Source: an uncultured Gammaproteobacteria bacterium (GTDB lineage: Bacteria > Patescibacteriota > Microgenomatia > JALYQM01). Taken from it: DNA of 64,000 nt. Positions 45,916 to 55,403 of the stretch are shown here, piece by piece. Each line of letters opens with the position of its first letter. The stretch's first letter is position 1. The translations under genes were made by a program, and so were the position numbers. The notes under the pieces are model-generated. The model saw nothing but the letters and a program-made list of their open reading frames with translations, had not been told where the DNA came from and did not search any database. The stretch spans positions 1,472,826 to 1,536,825 of the forward strand of contig CAYOFQ010000001.1 in the NCBI GenBank assembly GCA_964403585.1, given 5' to 3'.

Positions 45916-46671
45916 CTACTTGTCGCGGAGATCGTGGGGATCAATCATGGTGAAAAGCGTAGCTGCCGTGTAGATCAGGCTGCCAAACGTCACAGCGAGG
46001 CTGAGAACTCCAATGTGCATGTTGCGAACAAGCCCAAAGAAGGAATAGCCTTCGCCGTTGACAATGTAGGCGATGCCGACAATCAGCGACAGGAGAGCGA
46101 CACAAACCGTGTAGCGCGCTTGCCGGAGATCCGACAACTTGCACCACCAGTCCTTGAACGACTCCCACATCGCGCCAGCGACAATCCAGCCAACGATGGC
46201 CGTGAAGATCGTACCAATGACGGCACCGACGACGAACGCACCGATGGCGAACCCACCGAGAACAGTGAACAGGGCCAGGAAAAGATTGGGGATCATGGTA
46301 TTCACCAGATCCACCGCAGTCATCGGCCCTTGCACGTCCTTCAGATCCGTGTAGGTGAACGCCATCGTGACGCCGACAACCAGTGACATCAGCACGAACA
46401 GGGCGCCGGCGGCGAACAAAATCAAAGCGGTCTTGAGGGCGGTCTTGGCGGTCGAGTTGGTGGTCGAAGTCTTGGTGTTCATGCTGTTCTCCTTCTTAAT
46501 CATCGGGAAATAACCGGCGACACGAGCAGCCATGCAGATATCACAAAAGCAGTGAAAAAGCGGCGCTTCAGTTGGCGAGTGAACAGAGTACCCTTGGGCG
46601 CGAGCGGCCTTGCAGATATCGCAGCGGCAGAACAACAACGGCGCGGTGGTGGACGAGCTGTGCTTGAACAT
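45916..46671 (-). CDS. GC-rich membrane protein (4 TM) with N-terminal tandem CxCDIC Cys motifs
   Basis: FCRCDICKAARAQGY and FCDICMAARVAGY repeats, followed by MNTKT...4 TM helices. Both ATG 46671 and ATG 46482 have AAGGAG(G) RBSs. Confidence 0.5.
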   Translation of the reverse strand: MFKHSSSTTAPLLFCRCDICKAARAQGYSVHSPTEAPLFHCFCDICMAARVAGYFPMIKKENSMNTKTSTTNSTAKTALKTALILFAAGALFVLMSLVVGVTMAFTYTDLKDVQGPMTAVDLVNTMIPNLFLALFTVLGGFAIGAFVVGAVIGTIFTAIVGWIVAGAMWESFKDWWCKLSDLRQARYTVCVALLSLIVGIAYIVNGEGYSFFGLVRNMHIGVLSLAVTFGSLIYTAATLFTMIDPHDLRDK

Positions 46672-46963
46672 AGGACAGGGCCTCCTTTGTGTAGAACTGG
46701 GACACCAGCTTCAGCCTGAAAGGCTGCCTCGCACAACAATTGTGGGGTTGGAAAATCAGAAGGGTGTACTGCACAAACAGTACCTATCCGGTTCTCCAAT
46801 CCCACAACTGCGGGAGGATAGTGTCAAGTTCAAAGGAAGCAGGAACAAAGTAAAACTTGTCTGTTGCTATCTGTTAAAGAACTGTGAGCTCAGTTTGAAC
46901 TAAGCTCGTGCTCGGAGCCTCGATTGAGCTCAATTGAACTCATCGCTACTCTGAGCAACTAGT

Positions 46964-47004
46964 ATAGTAGCACATTTTAGTCCTTTTGTCAAATACTATA
47001 GGAT
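46964..47004 (-). promoter_or_regulatory. promoter TTGACA-N17-TACTAT with conserved ATCCTATAGTAT motif, driving a ~300-nt leader
   Basis: Minus strand: ATCCTATAGTAT TTGACA aaaggactaaaatgtgc TACTAT. The next minus-strand ORF starts at 46671. Confidence 0.55.
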
Positions 47005-47052
47005 ATTAATTACCTCTTTCCTGAGCTCAAAAAACTCGTATAATGCAGTTAA

Positions 47053-48354
47053 ATGAAATACAAAAAACGCCAGCTTGTCAGCGTCGCTAAAAAAGTGGAT
47101 ACCCAGCAGCATCTTACTCCTGCTGAAATTAATTTTCTTTTGGATTTCCAAAAGGTAGACAAAGATAATACTGCCCTCAGAATTCTTAAACGCATTGCCG
47201 TACCGGCTTCACTCATTTTCGGTTTCTTCTTCAGCGCCTTTCCCGGGTATTTCGACCATCTGGTTAAAACACTCCCCTCGTGGACGAATCTTACTCCTCC
47301 CGTACTAATGGGAGTAGACTGGATTTGGGACATCATCGGTGACCCGGTAGGCAAAGAAAATATTATCTACCACCTCCCCAACATTGTTCTCTACTCGTTT
47401 GGAATTGTTGGTGCCAAAAAACTGATCGATGCGATCGATCACCGAACCTGGCTGGATAAAGTCCTTGCATCACAAACCAAACTGGCCGAACGCATTCAAA
47501 ATGGCCAAACCAACTATCAAATGCTCGACGGCAGTTCCCTGCTCTTTGTTGGGAAAGGAGATTTTATCGGAACACAATTCGTTCTCAACCATACCGAGAA
47601 CGAGACAATAACGGTATCTCAGGTAAAACCCACCTATACCAAATTCTGGAACTTTTACGATGTCGAAACGCTCTACGAGGATTTAAAAAATGTTATTATT
47701 CGCTCCAGCGGGAAAAATGTCGGAGAATACATCTTCTTCCCGGTAAAAGACGACCAGATCTTTCTGCCAAATGAAAAAGCCTACGACCTCTCCCCGCACA
47801 AACTGGATATTCTCTGTCAAAACATCCGTATCATTGAAAAAGAAATGGGCTGGAAAAATAAACGCATTATCGTTATTGGAGATAAATTCCACAAAAGCTT
47901 TGTCCAATCTGAGGATCAACAACGAGTTATTGAGAAAAGTGAGGACATAATTTCTCTGGAATCGATTTCTAAAAAATATACCAACGTCACCCTTCTCGAC
48001 CCGACAGATATTGTCTTGAAAAAAATACTGGAAATCGCGCAAGGGAGAAAAATTGTTTTCCGCGCCACCAAAGAAGGATTACGGGAATATAAAGCCAGGT
48101 TCTATGAACGACTGGAATCACTCGGATACACACCGGAAAATAAAAACCAGGGAGTTCTTACCATTGGCTACGACCTCTTCGAAGACCAAACCGAACAGCA
48201 AACACTCTCCCGCAAAATTGATGACTATTATCCCGTTGTACTCTCTAAAAATGTGCACGACGCACTTATACGAAACGGGTACAAAAAGGAAGAATTCCTC
48301 TATGTACCCGACCTCGTTTTAGATACCTTAACGCATGCTGCCGCGCAGCAATAA
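47053..48354 (+). CDS. hypothetical membrane-anchored protein (433 aa)
   Basis: One TM segment near residue 50. TATAAT at 47039 lies 8 nt before the ATG (leaderless-like). Confidence 0.45.
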   Translation: MKYKKRQLVSVAKKVDTQQHLTPAEINFLLDFQKVDKDNTALRILKRIAVPASLIFGFFFSAFPGYFDHLVKTLPSWTNLTPPVLMGVDWIWDIIGDPVGKENIIYHLPNIVLYSFGIVGAKKLIDAIDHRTWLDKVLASQTKLAERIQNGQTNYQMLDGSSLLFVGKGDFIGTQFVLNHTENETITVSQVKPTYTKFWNFYDVETLYEDLKNVIIRSSGKNVGEYIFFPVKDDQIFLPNEKAYDLSPHKLDILCQNIRIIEKEMGWKNKRIIVIGDKFHKSFVQSEDQQRVIEKSEDIISLESISKKYTNVTLLDPTDIVLKKILEIAQGRKIVFRATKEGLREYKARFYERLESLGYTPENKNQGVLTIGYDLFEDQTEQQTLSRKIDDYYPVVLSKNVHDALIRNGYKKEEFLYVPDLVLDTLTHAAAQQ

Positions 48355-48356
48355 AT

Positions 48357-48944
48357 TTATTGTTGCATTCCACTGGGAAGTTTCATCCCGTTGATAGATT
48401 TCATCATTTCAGATAAATCGGTAAACGTGACATCCTTCGGTACGGCAAAATTAGAGTCGGCAAATGTCGCGTCATCACAGGTGTATGAATACCCGTTATC
48501 CTGGTACTTCTTCCAAACCTCATCTTTAGTGAAATCCTCATACTGTTGACTGCCTGAAGTAGTTGCATTCTCCAGATCCATCTTCAAGCCTTTTTTATCA
48601 GGCTCTGACCAGATATACGCGGTCTTGCCATCATTAAGTATATAGCCCATTCCTTTATTCCCGGATAACGATGCCCCATAAGCACGGGATTTTTTACCTT
48701 TAATTTCCAAAGTTATTTTTTCACTGCTGTCATTTTTAGTAATCACACAAGTCATCGCTGTTCCATTAGCCATTGCTTGCGCAATTCTCTGCTGCGGCAA
48801 TATCATTTCCTTCTGCATCACTACCGGAGCTTGAGTCGGAGTTGGAGTCGGCACTATGGTTGCTTCAGGAGCCGGCTTAGGAGTACATCCAACCAGAGCA
48901 ACAGTTAAAACAATAAAAGAAAAAGAGAAAAATTTGGTATTCAT
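48357..48944 (-). CDS. lipoprotein of unknown function
   Basis: Signal peptide with lipobox LVGC. Thr/Pro linker. Confidence 0.55.
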   Translation of the reverse strand: MNTKFFSFSFIVLTVALVGCTPKPAPEATIVPTPTPTQAPVVMQKEMILPQQRIAQAMANGTAMTCVITKNDSSEKITLEIKGKKSRAYGASLSGNKGMGYILNDGKTAYIWSEPDKKGLKMDLENATTSGSQQYEDFTKDEVWKKYQDNGYSYTCDDATFADSNFAVPKDVTFTDLSEMMKSINGMKLPSGMQQ

Positions 48945-49011
48945 ATGCCAGAATTTTACACCACTGCAGAACACTTAGCCATACCTATCCATTTGTGATA
49001 CTATTAATTAC

Positions 49012-49719
49012 ATGCTCATAGCAGTTTTCATTGCAGCATATACTCTCTGGACACAGCAACAGGTACCAGAAAATGTACCGCCGAAGCTCATCTCAGCTGT
49101 TCCAATCGAAGCTTCAGCACATCCGGTTGACACACCACTCGTAACCCCTATTCCGAATCTCGGCATGCCGGAAATTGTTCCCGCAGTCCTGGCCGCCGTA
49201 ACAACGAAACCGCAACCAACAGAAACGCCATCAAATAAAACGGTTATCAATTCATCACAACCGGTCAACACACCAACCGTAAAACCAAGCACTTCCCCAA
49301 CTACCGAACCGACAGCAACTGCCTCAGCAACTACCACCGCCAGCAGCACACCCACTGTAAGTCCATCACCTGTACCAAGTACCTCACCAACCCCTACTCC
49401 AACAACACCCAAACCAACTGTTAAACCGGTTAGTCAAACCGAACTGGATGGGCTTTTCACTAAGTATGCTGATGAATATAAAGTGGATAAGGAACAATTA
49501 AAACGAATTGCCAAATGTGAATCCGGCTTTAACACCAATGCCAAAAACTTATACTACGGTGGACTCTTCCAGTTCTCCGAAGCTTCGTGGAAAGGGTATC
49601 GTAAACAGATGGGGAAAAATACTGACCCGGAACTGAGATATGATCCTGAAGCCGCGATTAATACTGCAGCCTATCTCATCTCCACCGGCCGTGCCGGCGC
49701 CTGGCCAAATTGCAAATAA
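49012..49719 (+). CDS. secreted transglycosylase-like (Rpf-like) muralytic protein with Pro/Thr-rich linker
   Basis: C-terminal IAKCESGFNTNAKN...GGLFQFSEASW resembles the transglycosylase-like domain. Confidence 0.55.
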   Translation: MLIAVFIAAYTLWTQQQVPENVPPKLISAVPIEASAHPVDTPLVTPIPNLGMPEIVPAVLAAVTTKPQPTETPSNKTVINSSQPVNTPTVKPSTSPTTEPTATASATTTASSTPTVSPSPVPSTSPTPTPTTPKPTVKPVSQTELDGLFTKYADEYKVDKEQLKRIAKCESGFNTNAKNLYYGGLFQFSEASWKGYRKQMGKNTDPELRYDPEAAINTAAYLISTGRAGAWPNCK

Positions 49720-49891
49720 TTTACGGAGAGACAATAGCACACCAAATACAAAAACAGTCAAAAACAGCAGTGGTAAACCACCGGGCTTCATTCTGTTGTT
49801 ATACATGCTGATTGTCACGTTTCACCTCCTTCCAGGTAGAGCGCACGATGCGCGTGCAGAGCGTACGCTCCACCTGAAATAGAGATTGTCA

Positions 49892-50518
49892 CTAGCCACG
49901 GCTTCGGCGACGATTGATCCAGCCGACAATATGCAGCGCGAACGCCAAGATCACAAGGTAGCTAGCGATGCGCGCCATGCGCACCATCCAGATGAATTCC
50001 ATTACACCGGCTGTATTGGTGAAGGTAGCCGCTCGACGCTCGAACAAAACTTCAATCGCCTGAATAACGATACGGTGCCAATTGTGGCTCATTCGCGACC
50101 ACCGCCAGAAGGCGTCGACCGGGTCAGTAGCACCCCACGGATTCCCCATCGAGGGGTCAGCCGTCACAAGAACGACAAACGCCATCAGGTACAGCGCCAA
50201 CAGCACCAAAAAAACTGAAATCAGAACAACCCACCAGCGATACGGCAGCTTCATCGCAAACCGGTACGACTCTCGCACCAGCTCAAATAAAGCTAACCCA
50301 CCGGCAGTGGTAAGCACCGCCAAGACCCAGCTTCCGCTGAACCACAGGCTTGCCACGAACAGCGCTGCGAAGTAGATCCCCCAGATGATCGAATGTGGAT
50401 GCAACCGACGCGGACTTGGTGAACCAGCGGATTGGGTAGTCACAAGACCCTCCTTACATTTGTCCTGCCTTTTCAGGTTTGCGGTACATCCGCACAGCAA
50501 GGACTGCCAGAAAAGCAA
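49892..50518 (-). CDS. GC-rich integral membrane protein, unknown function
   Basis: 4 hydrophobic helices. A likelier start is GTG ~50440, preceded by AAGGAGG. Confidence 0.45.
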   Translation of the reverse strand: MLFWQSLLCGCTANLKRQDKCKEGLVTTQSAGSPSPRRLHPHSIIWGIYFAALFVASLWFSGSWVLAVLTTAGGLALFELVRESYRFAMKLPYRWWVVLISVFLVLLALYLMAFVVLVTADPSMGNPWGATDPVDAFWRWSRMSHNWHRIVIQAIEVLFERRAATFTNTAGVMEFIWMVRMARIASYLVILAFALHIVGWINRRRSRG

Positions 50519-50666
50519 ACAATTCTTTATTCACTTTTCAGACAGTCATTGCTACAGAACAAAGGAGATAAAACGTGTCTATTGTCTCTCTTTTAAAGAA
50601 CAAAAGCTCAATTAATAAAAATTGAGCACAGAGTAAGTATATCACATTTAAGCTCAAAAATAAATA

Positions 50667-51287
50667 CTATGGGATTATTAGACGTTCTTCACCTACAACA
50701 CAAACGGCATCGCCGTCGACAATAACTTCTTCACCATTCTTGAGAAGATACAACTTTTTGCCTTTGAAATTTTGCTGCACTACATCAAGCATCTGCTCAT
50801 CATAATGCGGAAAAATATCAAAGTCAACCAGGTTAAGCCACGGAATATACTGCGCTCCAAACTCATTTTCGCCAGGGTACCACACACTCATATCCGCAGA
50901 GGAACCCACTATCATTGCTCCGGCACTCGAACCGACATACACACTACCTTCATCCAACAGTTTCCTTAAATAAGCATCTATCTTCCGGCGTCGTATCCAG
51001 TACATCAAATATCCACACTGCCCGCCCCCAAACCAGATAATATCCTTCCCGGATAATTTCTCCATAGCTTCTTCTTCTGTGGCATGCTCTAATTCCAGTA
51101 ACGTTACCTGAGCACCCAAGGTAGGCAGTAATTTCCAGCTACCCCCTTCTTTCCATGACTCCCACCCTTCACCATTTGCAGCCGTGGGAATATAAACGAG
51201 AGATTTTGCTTCAAACCCGCCGACTAATTTTTTAAGTTCACTAATAGAATCGTGATGTTTTGCTTCCGAAGCAAGAAATAATTTCAT
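50667..51287 (-). CDS. peptidase S51 (dipeptidase E-like)
   Basis: VYVGSSAGAM nucleophile-elbow and S51 layout. Confidence 0.65.
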   Translation of the reverse strand: MKLFLASEAKHHDSISELKKLVGGFEAKSLVYIPTAANGEGWESWKEGGSWKLLPTLGAQVTLLELEHATEEEAMEKLSGKDIIWFGGGQCGYLMYWIRRRKIDAYLRKLLDEGSVYVGSSAGAMIVGSSADMSVWYPGENEFGAQYIPWLNLVDFDIFPHYDEQMLDVVQQNFKGKKLYLLKNGEEVIVDGDAVCVVGEERLIIP

Positions 51288-51547
51288 GACCCAAGTATAT
51301 CAGGTTTTTTAGGGGTAAAAACGAGAAGAGCCGGTAAGAGGGTTTTTGTGTGTACGTAATAAGCGTGATTGATGCTTCATTGCACCAGCCGCACTGTTCA
51401 GTACCCCTCCTACCGGCCTTCTCTCTGCCGATAAACGCTCACAACGCCGTACCCTAAGGCACGCGCAGCACCAATGCCTTAAGGCATGGCGTTGTGAGAA
51501 AGACAAGTCGAGGTCGAGGTCAGCGAGCCGCCGGCGCCGATCAGGTT

Positions 51548-52369
51548 CTAGGGGTGCCGATAATCGAGATTGATATACTGCCCGCAGCGCTCGTAGTCGT
51601 TAGTGAACACAAACACATCGGGCACACCGTCCTGTCGCCAACTCGCGTCAGCGTTGTTCAGCGTATCCCGCAGCCGAACCAGGTAACCCCAGTCGCCATT
51701 GGCAGCCGGCCGGTAGATGCTGTTGCACTGCTCGTCATAAGTCCAGAACATGAGCTGCATGTTGCTCAGGCCATCGACGACGAGAGGGTGGGTCTCACCA
51801 CTTACTTCCGGCACCGGCAGGAACACAGCTGAGTCGCCGCTCGTGTAGAAGCCGACCAGGTGGCCGGGCTGCACGGTCGAGCCGGCGGCCAGGTCATACC
51901 CCGTGTCCGTCCAGTCGCGCTGAACCCAGGTGATGATCTCGACAGCCGGTGCCGGCGTTGCGGTCATGACCGGGGCCTCGGTGGCCTCGGGTGTGGGCGT
52001 GGGCAGGTTGCCGACCGTCTCGTTGAACGCCAGTTCACGCGTGAGATCCATGGCGGCCATCGCCTTCGAGTAGGAATTGTCCAGCGCGCGGTCAGCCAGC
52101 GAGATCAGCCCAGTGATCAGATTGTACGAGAGGATGCCGACAACGATCAGCGTCAGAAAGTACGCCATGAACGCAAGAGCTGTACGACCTTCGCGGTTCG
52201 CGAGCTGCCTTCGCAACTCAGCGTTCTCCTCCAGCAGCTGGTCAAAACTGTCCGACAGCGAGCGGTGGTCGTCACGGAGCGTTGCACGGCTGCGAAGCAA
52301 CCGGCGATTATCCCGTTTCAGCTTGCGTACCCGTGACTGGAGTTGTTCGTACGTCCATTCGCGAACCAT
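51548..52369 (-). CDS. GC-rich membrane-anchored protein with N-terminal coiled-coil and extracytoplasmic domain
   Basis: One TM (ALAFMAYFLTLIVVGIL). GGAGG RBS. Confidence 0.5.
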   Translation of the reverse strand: MVREWTYEQLQSRVRKLKRDNRRLLRSRATLRDDHRSLSDSFDQLLEENAELRRQLANREGRTALAFMAYFLTLIVVGILSYNLITGLISLADRALDNSYSKAMAAMDLTRELAFNETVGNLPTPTPEATEAPVMTATPAPAVEIITWVQRDWTDTGYDLAAGSTVQPGHLVGFYTSGDSAVFLPVPEVSGETHPLVVDGLSNMQLMFWTYDEQCNSIYRPAANGDWGYLVRLRDTLNNADASWRQDGVPDVFVFTNDYERCGQYINLDYRHP

Positions 52370-52691
52370 GAGAATGCCTCCATATAGTGGTGAATCCGGT
52401 TCGGTGGTGTTTAACCTGCATTTTTGGCAACATTGCTGTCACCTCTAAACCACCTTTCATCAATTGCAGGCAAGCTGAGCTCAAGCATTTAAGCCCAATT
52501 TGCCTGCTGAAAGGTGGAAAATATTGTCTTTCTCACATTGTGAGAGAATTAGCAGAGAGAAATTGACCACGCCAAAGGATAATATCGTACTTAATTGAGG
52601 TAAAATCACCCCATTAAGGAGAGATAAAATAGCCTTTGCCTGACCAATAGCCTCTCTACTATGAATGTCAAAGTGCCAAACTAACCAGGGA

Positions 52692-52731
52692 AGTATACCA
52701 AAATTTAACCTAAAAGTCAATACTATAGGTT
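52692..52731 (-). promoter_or_regulatory. promoter TTGACT-N17-TATACT with conserved CCTATAGTAT motif, driving a ~310-nt leader
   Basis: Minus strand: AACCTATAGTAT TGACTT tttaggttaaattttgg TATACT. The downstream ORF starts at 52369. Confidence 0.55.
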
Positions 52732-52741
52732 ATAAATGAAA

Positions 52742-53584
52742 TTATTTGAGGGAATTACACGCGGCTAAGGAACCACCTTCATAACCACGATTAAAGGCAG
52801 CCACCCGCTGCGCGGAAGAACCATGCGTCCAGGATTCAGGAGAAATCCTACCGGTCACCTTTTTTTGAATTCGATCATCACCTACCGCCGCTGCCGCATC
52901 CATCGCCTCTTCTATTTCACCGGCTTCAAACACATTCCGATCCCGAATCGAATGAGCCCACAATCCCGCAAAACAATCCGCCTGCAGCTCAAATTGCACT
53001 GAAAGTTCATTTGCTTCATTGGGATTGGACTGCTCTTCGGCATGCACCGAATCCAAAATACCTAGCAAATTTTGTGTGTGATGACCTGCCTCATGGGCAA
53101 TAACATACGCTTCGGCCACATCACCACCCCGCGCACCAAATCGCTGGCTAAGTTCATTAAAAAACGTTTCATCCAGATAAATTGTTTGATCTCCTGAGCA
53201 ATAATGAGGACCAACCGCACCACTGGCACCACCACAAGCAGACTGAGTTGCAGTCCTAAATAATACTAAACGTGGCTCATCAAAAGTACGGTTAGTACGG
53301 GCAAAAATACTCCGCCACATATCATTGGTTGAACCAAGAACCGTTGCAGCAAAAACCTCGTAACTGTCCTGCCCTTCAAATTCACTGCCCTGTATACTCT
53401 GTTGCTGCTCAATTGGAACATTTTCCAGTTGGCTCAATACATCACCAACATTGCCTCCGGTTAATAAAGTGAAGAGCGTATAAATAACCACACCGGTCAA
53501 ACTCAAACCACCAAAAGCCGCCGGTCCAAAACCCCGCCGGTCCTCAACATTACCACGACTGCCAAGATTACCCCAGTTAGCCAT
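52742..53584 (-). CDS. neutral zinc metallopeptidase (YpfJ-like)
   Basis: N-terminal TM. HExxH within VIAHEAGHH. Confidence 0.65.
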   Translation of the reverse strand: MANWGNLGSRGNVEDRRGFGPAAFGGLSLTGVVIYTLFTLLTGGNVGDVLSQLENVPIEQQQSIQGSEFEGQDSYEVFAATVLGSTNDMWRSIFARTNRTFDEPRLVLFRTATQSACGGASGAVGPHYCSGDQTIYLDETFFNELSQRFGARGGDVAEAYVIAHEAGHHTQNLLGILDSVHAEEQSNPNEANELSVQFELQADCFAGLWAHSIRDRNVFEAGEIEEAMDAAAAVGDDRIQKKVTGRISPESWTHGSSAQRVAAFNRGYEGGSLAACNSLK

Positions 53585-53715
53585 AAGAAGTTATCGAAAA
53601 AATATTACATTAATAGTATAACATTATTTTTACAAAGAAACAAACAAACGATATAAAAAGTGCAGTCGACCGTACCGGCGGCGATTATGCCTAAAATTTG
53701 ATATACTTTCGGTAG

Positions 53716-54345
53716 ATGAACCAGACCGAAATTTACAATGAGTTTGACCGCCAGCTACAGACAATAATTAAAAATAAATATGCTGAACTGGTACACATCT
53801 CCGAAGATCAACTGATTGATCAGGTAACGTCACTAAAAACAAAACTGCCTGATTCTCTTCCGGATATCGACATTGACACCGGAAAATTACCCTTCGTTAT
53901 CGTACTTAATACCGGTAACACCGCTACCGAAAAAATGATGGATGCCGTTAATTATGGCGGGAAGACCGGAGTAGTTAATTTATACCCGATAGCTTCCGAA
54001 AAATTTATTACAATTGACAAAGTTTCTTTACCCAATACTTCTGCATATCTGCTTATGAACATCGATCGTGGCCGGGCAACGGTGAATATAACTCCTGAAA
54101 AAGCACTGCAAATTATTGAAAAAGAGAACCGTTCCCCACTCACCATCGACGAGGGATTGGCAATAATGACTCATTTTCCTCAATTCCTGATCAAGAATAA
54201 CTGTTTTTCACTGCTGGCCTCCCGTTGTGGAGATCAGCGGGTACCGGCTATTTGGATTAGTGAAAAACGTCCGAAATTAGGCTGGTGTTGGGATCGCAAT
54301 CCACATACCTGGCTGGGATCAGCTTCATGTGCAACTCGAATATAG
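53716..54345 (+). CDS. hypothetical protein (209 aa)
   Basis: ORF with a C-terminal Cys/Trp-rich tail. Confidence 0.4.
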   Translation: MNQTEIYNEFDRQLQTIIKNKYAELVHISEDQLIDQVTSLKTKLPDSLPDIDIDTGKLPFVIVLNTGNTATEKMMDAVNYGGKTGVVNLYPIASEKFITIDKVSLPNTSAYLLMNIDRGRATVNITPEKALQIIEKENRSPLTIDEGLAIMTHFPQFLIKNNCFSLLASRCGDQRVPAIWISEKRPKLGWCWDRNPHTWLGSASCATRI

Positions 54346-54481
54346 CACCATCTCATTGACACACCGTGAATCTAGCAGTATTCTCACAGTAATCATTGTA
54401 GCGAAGTCTGTGCAAATCAGACACTGGGACGCAACCGTAAAAGTCGGGTCGCCTACATGAAGTACCTTCGTTACCAAGGCT

Positions 54482-54898
54482 ATGAATGTTAAGAAATTAC
54501 TCGCACCAGTACTGGTCCTCATTGTCACAAGTATAATTTTTTATACGTTTCCCAAAACAACCAATAGCCCTACCCCACCCCCATCAGCCGTATCAGCGCC
54601 AAAAATAACGATTACCCAAAAAGTAAATTATGGACCGGCCAAAGCAACCGAAAGTGCGCAATTGCAGATTACTCCGGGCGAAAATGCCCTTGAGATTCTA
54701 GGACAAACAAAAAAAATTGAAACCAAAGAATTCTCCATCGGCAAAATTGTCGAAAGCATCGAAGGAATTAAAAATGGAACGGATAACAAGTACTGGATTT
54801 ATTACGTTAACGGTAATGAAGCCAAAGTCGGAGCAACTGAATATAAACCCGCCGCCAATGACCAAATCGAATGGAGATTTAAAACCTATGCAGAATAA
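54482..54898 (+). CDS. DUF4430 domain secreted protein
   Basis: Signal peptide. C-terminal YWIYYVNGNEAKVGATEYKPAANDQIEWRF matches the DUF4430 pattern. Confidence 0.6.
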   Translation: MNVKKLLAPVLVLIVTSIIFYTFPKTTNSPTPPPSAVSAPKITITQKVNYGPAKATESAQLQITPGENALEILGQTKKIETKEFSIGKIVESIEGIKNGTDNKYWIYYVNGNEAKVGATEYKPAANDQIEWRFKTYAE

Positions 54899-55403
54899 AT
54901 ATCTACCGGTAGTAATGATACTGTCCGCCATTCTATTGCGGCTGCTCCCCCATATTCCCAATGTCTCCCCAATTGCCGCCCTTGCATTACTCACCGGCAG
55001 TTATTACTCCGGTAAAAAAGCAGCCATAATAACCTTTATATCAATGTTTGTTTCTGATCTTTTCCTCGGATTCCATCCCACCATGCCATGGGTATATGGT
55101 GGTTTCGCTGCAATAATTATGCTCGGGAAATATGTACAACCAAAAACAGAGTATCTATGGGCATATTCTTTGATTGGATCACTTCTCTTCTTTGTAATAT
55201 CCAATCTCGGTGTATGGGTTACCACAGCCAGCTACTCCAAAGATCTGGCCGGATTACTGGAATGCTATGCTTTAGCAATTCCTTTTTTCCGCAACACCAT
55301 ACTTGGCGATCTTTTCTACACCTACACACTATTTAGCCTGCCGCATATAGTATACTTTTTAAATGAACGTCACCACGCTCTCCGTAGTTATACCGGTATA
55401 TAA
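54888..55403 (+). CDS. small polytopic membrane protein, possible ECF-type transporter S component
   Basis: 171 aa with 5-6 TM. Starts at ATG 54888, overlapping the DUF4430 stop. Confidence 0.4.
   Translation: MQNKYLPVVMILSAILLRLLPHIPNVSPIAALALLTGSYYSGKKAAIITFISMFVSDLFLGFHPTMPWVYGGFAAIIMLGKYVQPKTEYLWAYSLIGSLLFFVISNLGVWVTTASYSKDLAGLLECYALAIPFFRNTILGDLFYTYTLFSLPHIVYFLNERHHALRSYTGI

Noticed and set aside
45934-46386. 150-aa plus-strand ORF antisense to the GC-rich membrane gene (also 46139..46354, 51860..52336, 52077..52448, 12186..12386, 49008..49412)
   Set aside because: These are typical spurious long antisense ORFs in GC-rich or Thr/Pro-repeat coding DNA. Their low-complexity Arg/Asp-rich or Trp/Ser/Arg-rich translations and lack of start signals support that.
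52481-52720. 79-aa ORF inside the 5' leader of the 51548..52369 gene
   Set aside because: It has no RBS. It lies entirely within the predicted structured leader downstream of the mapped promoter.
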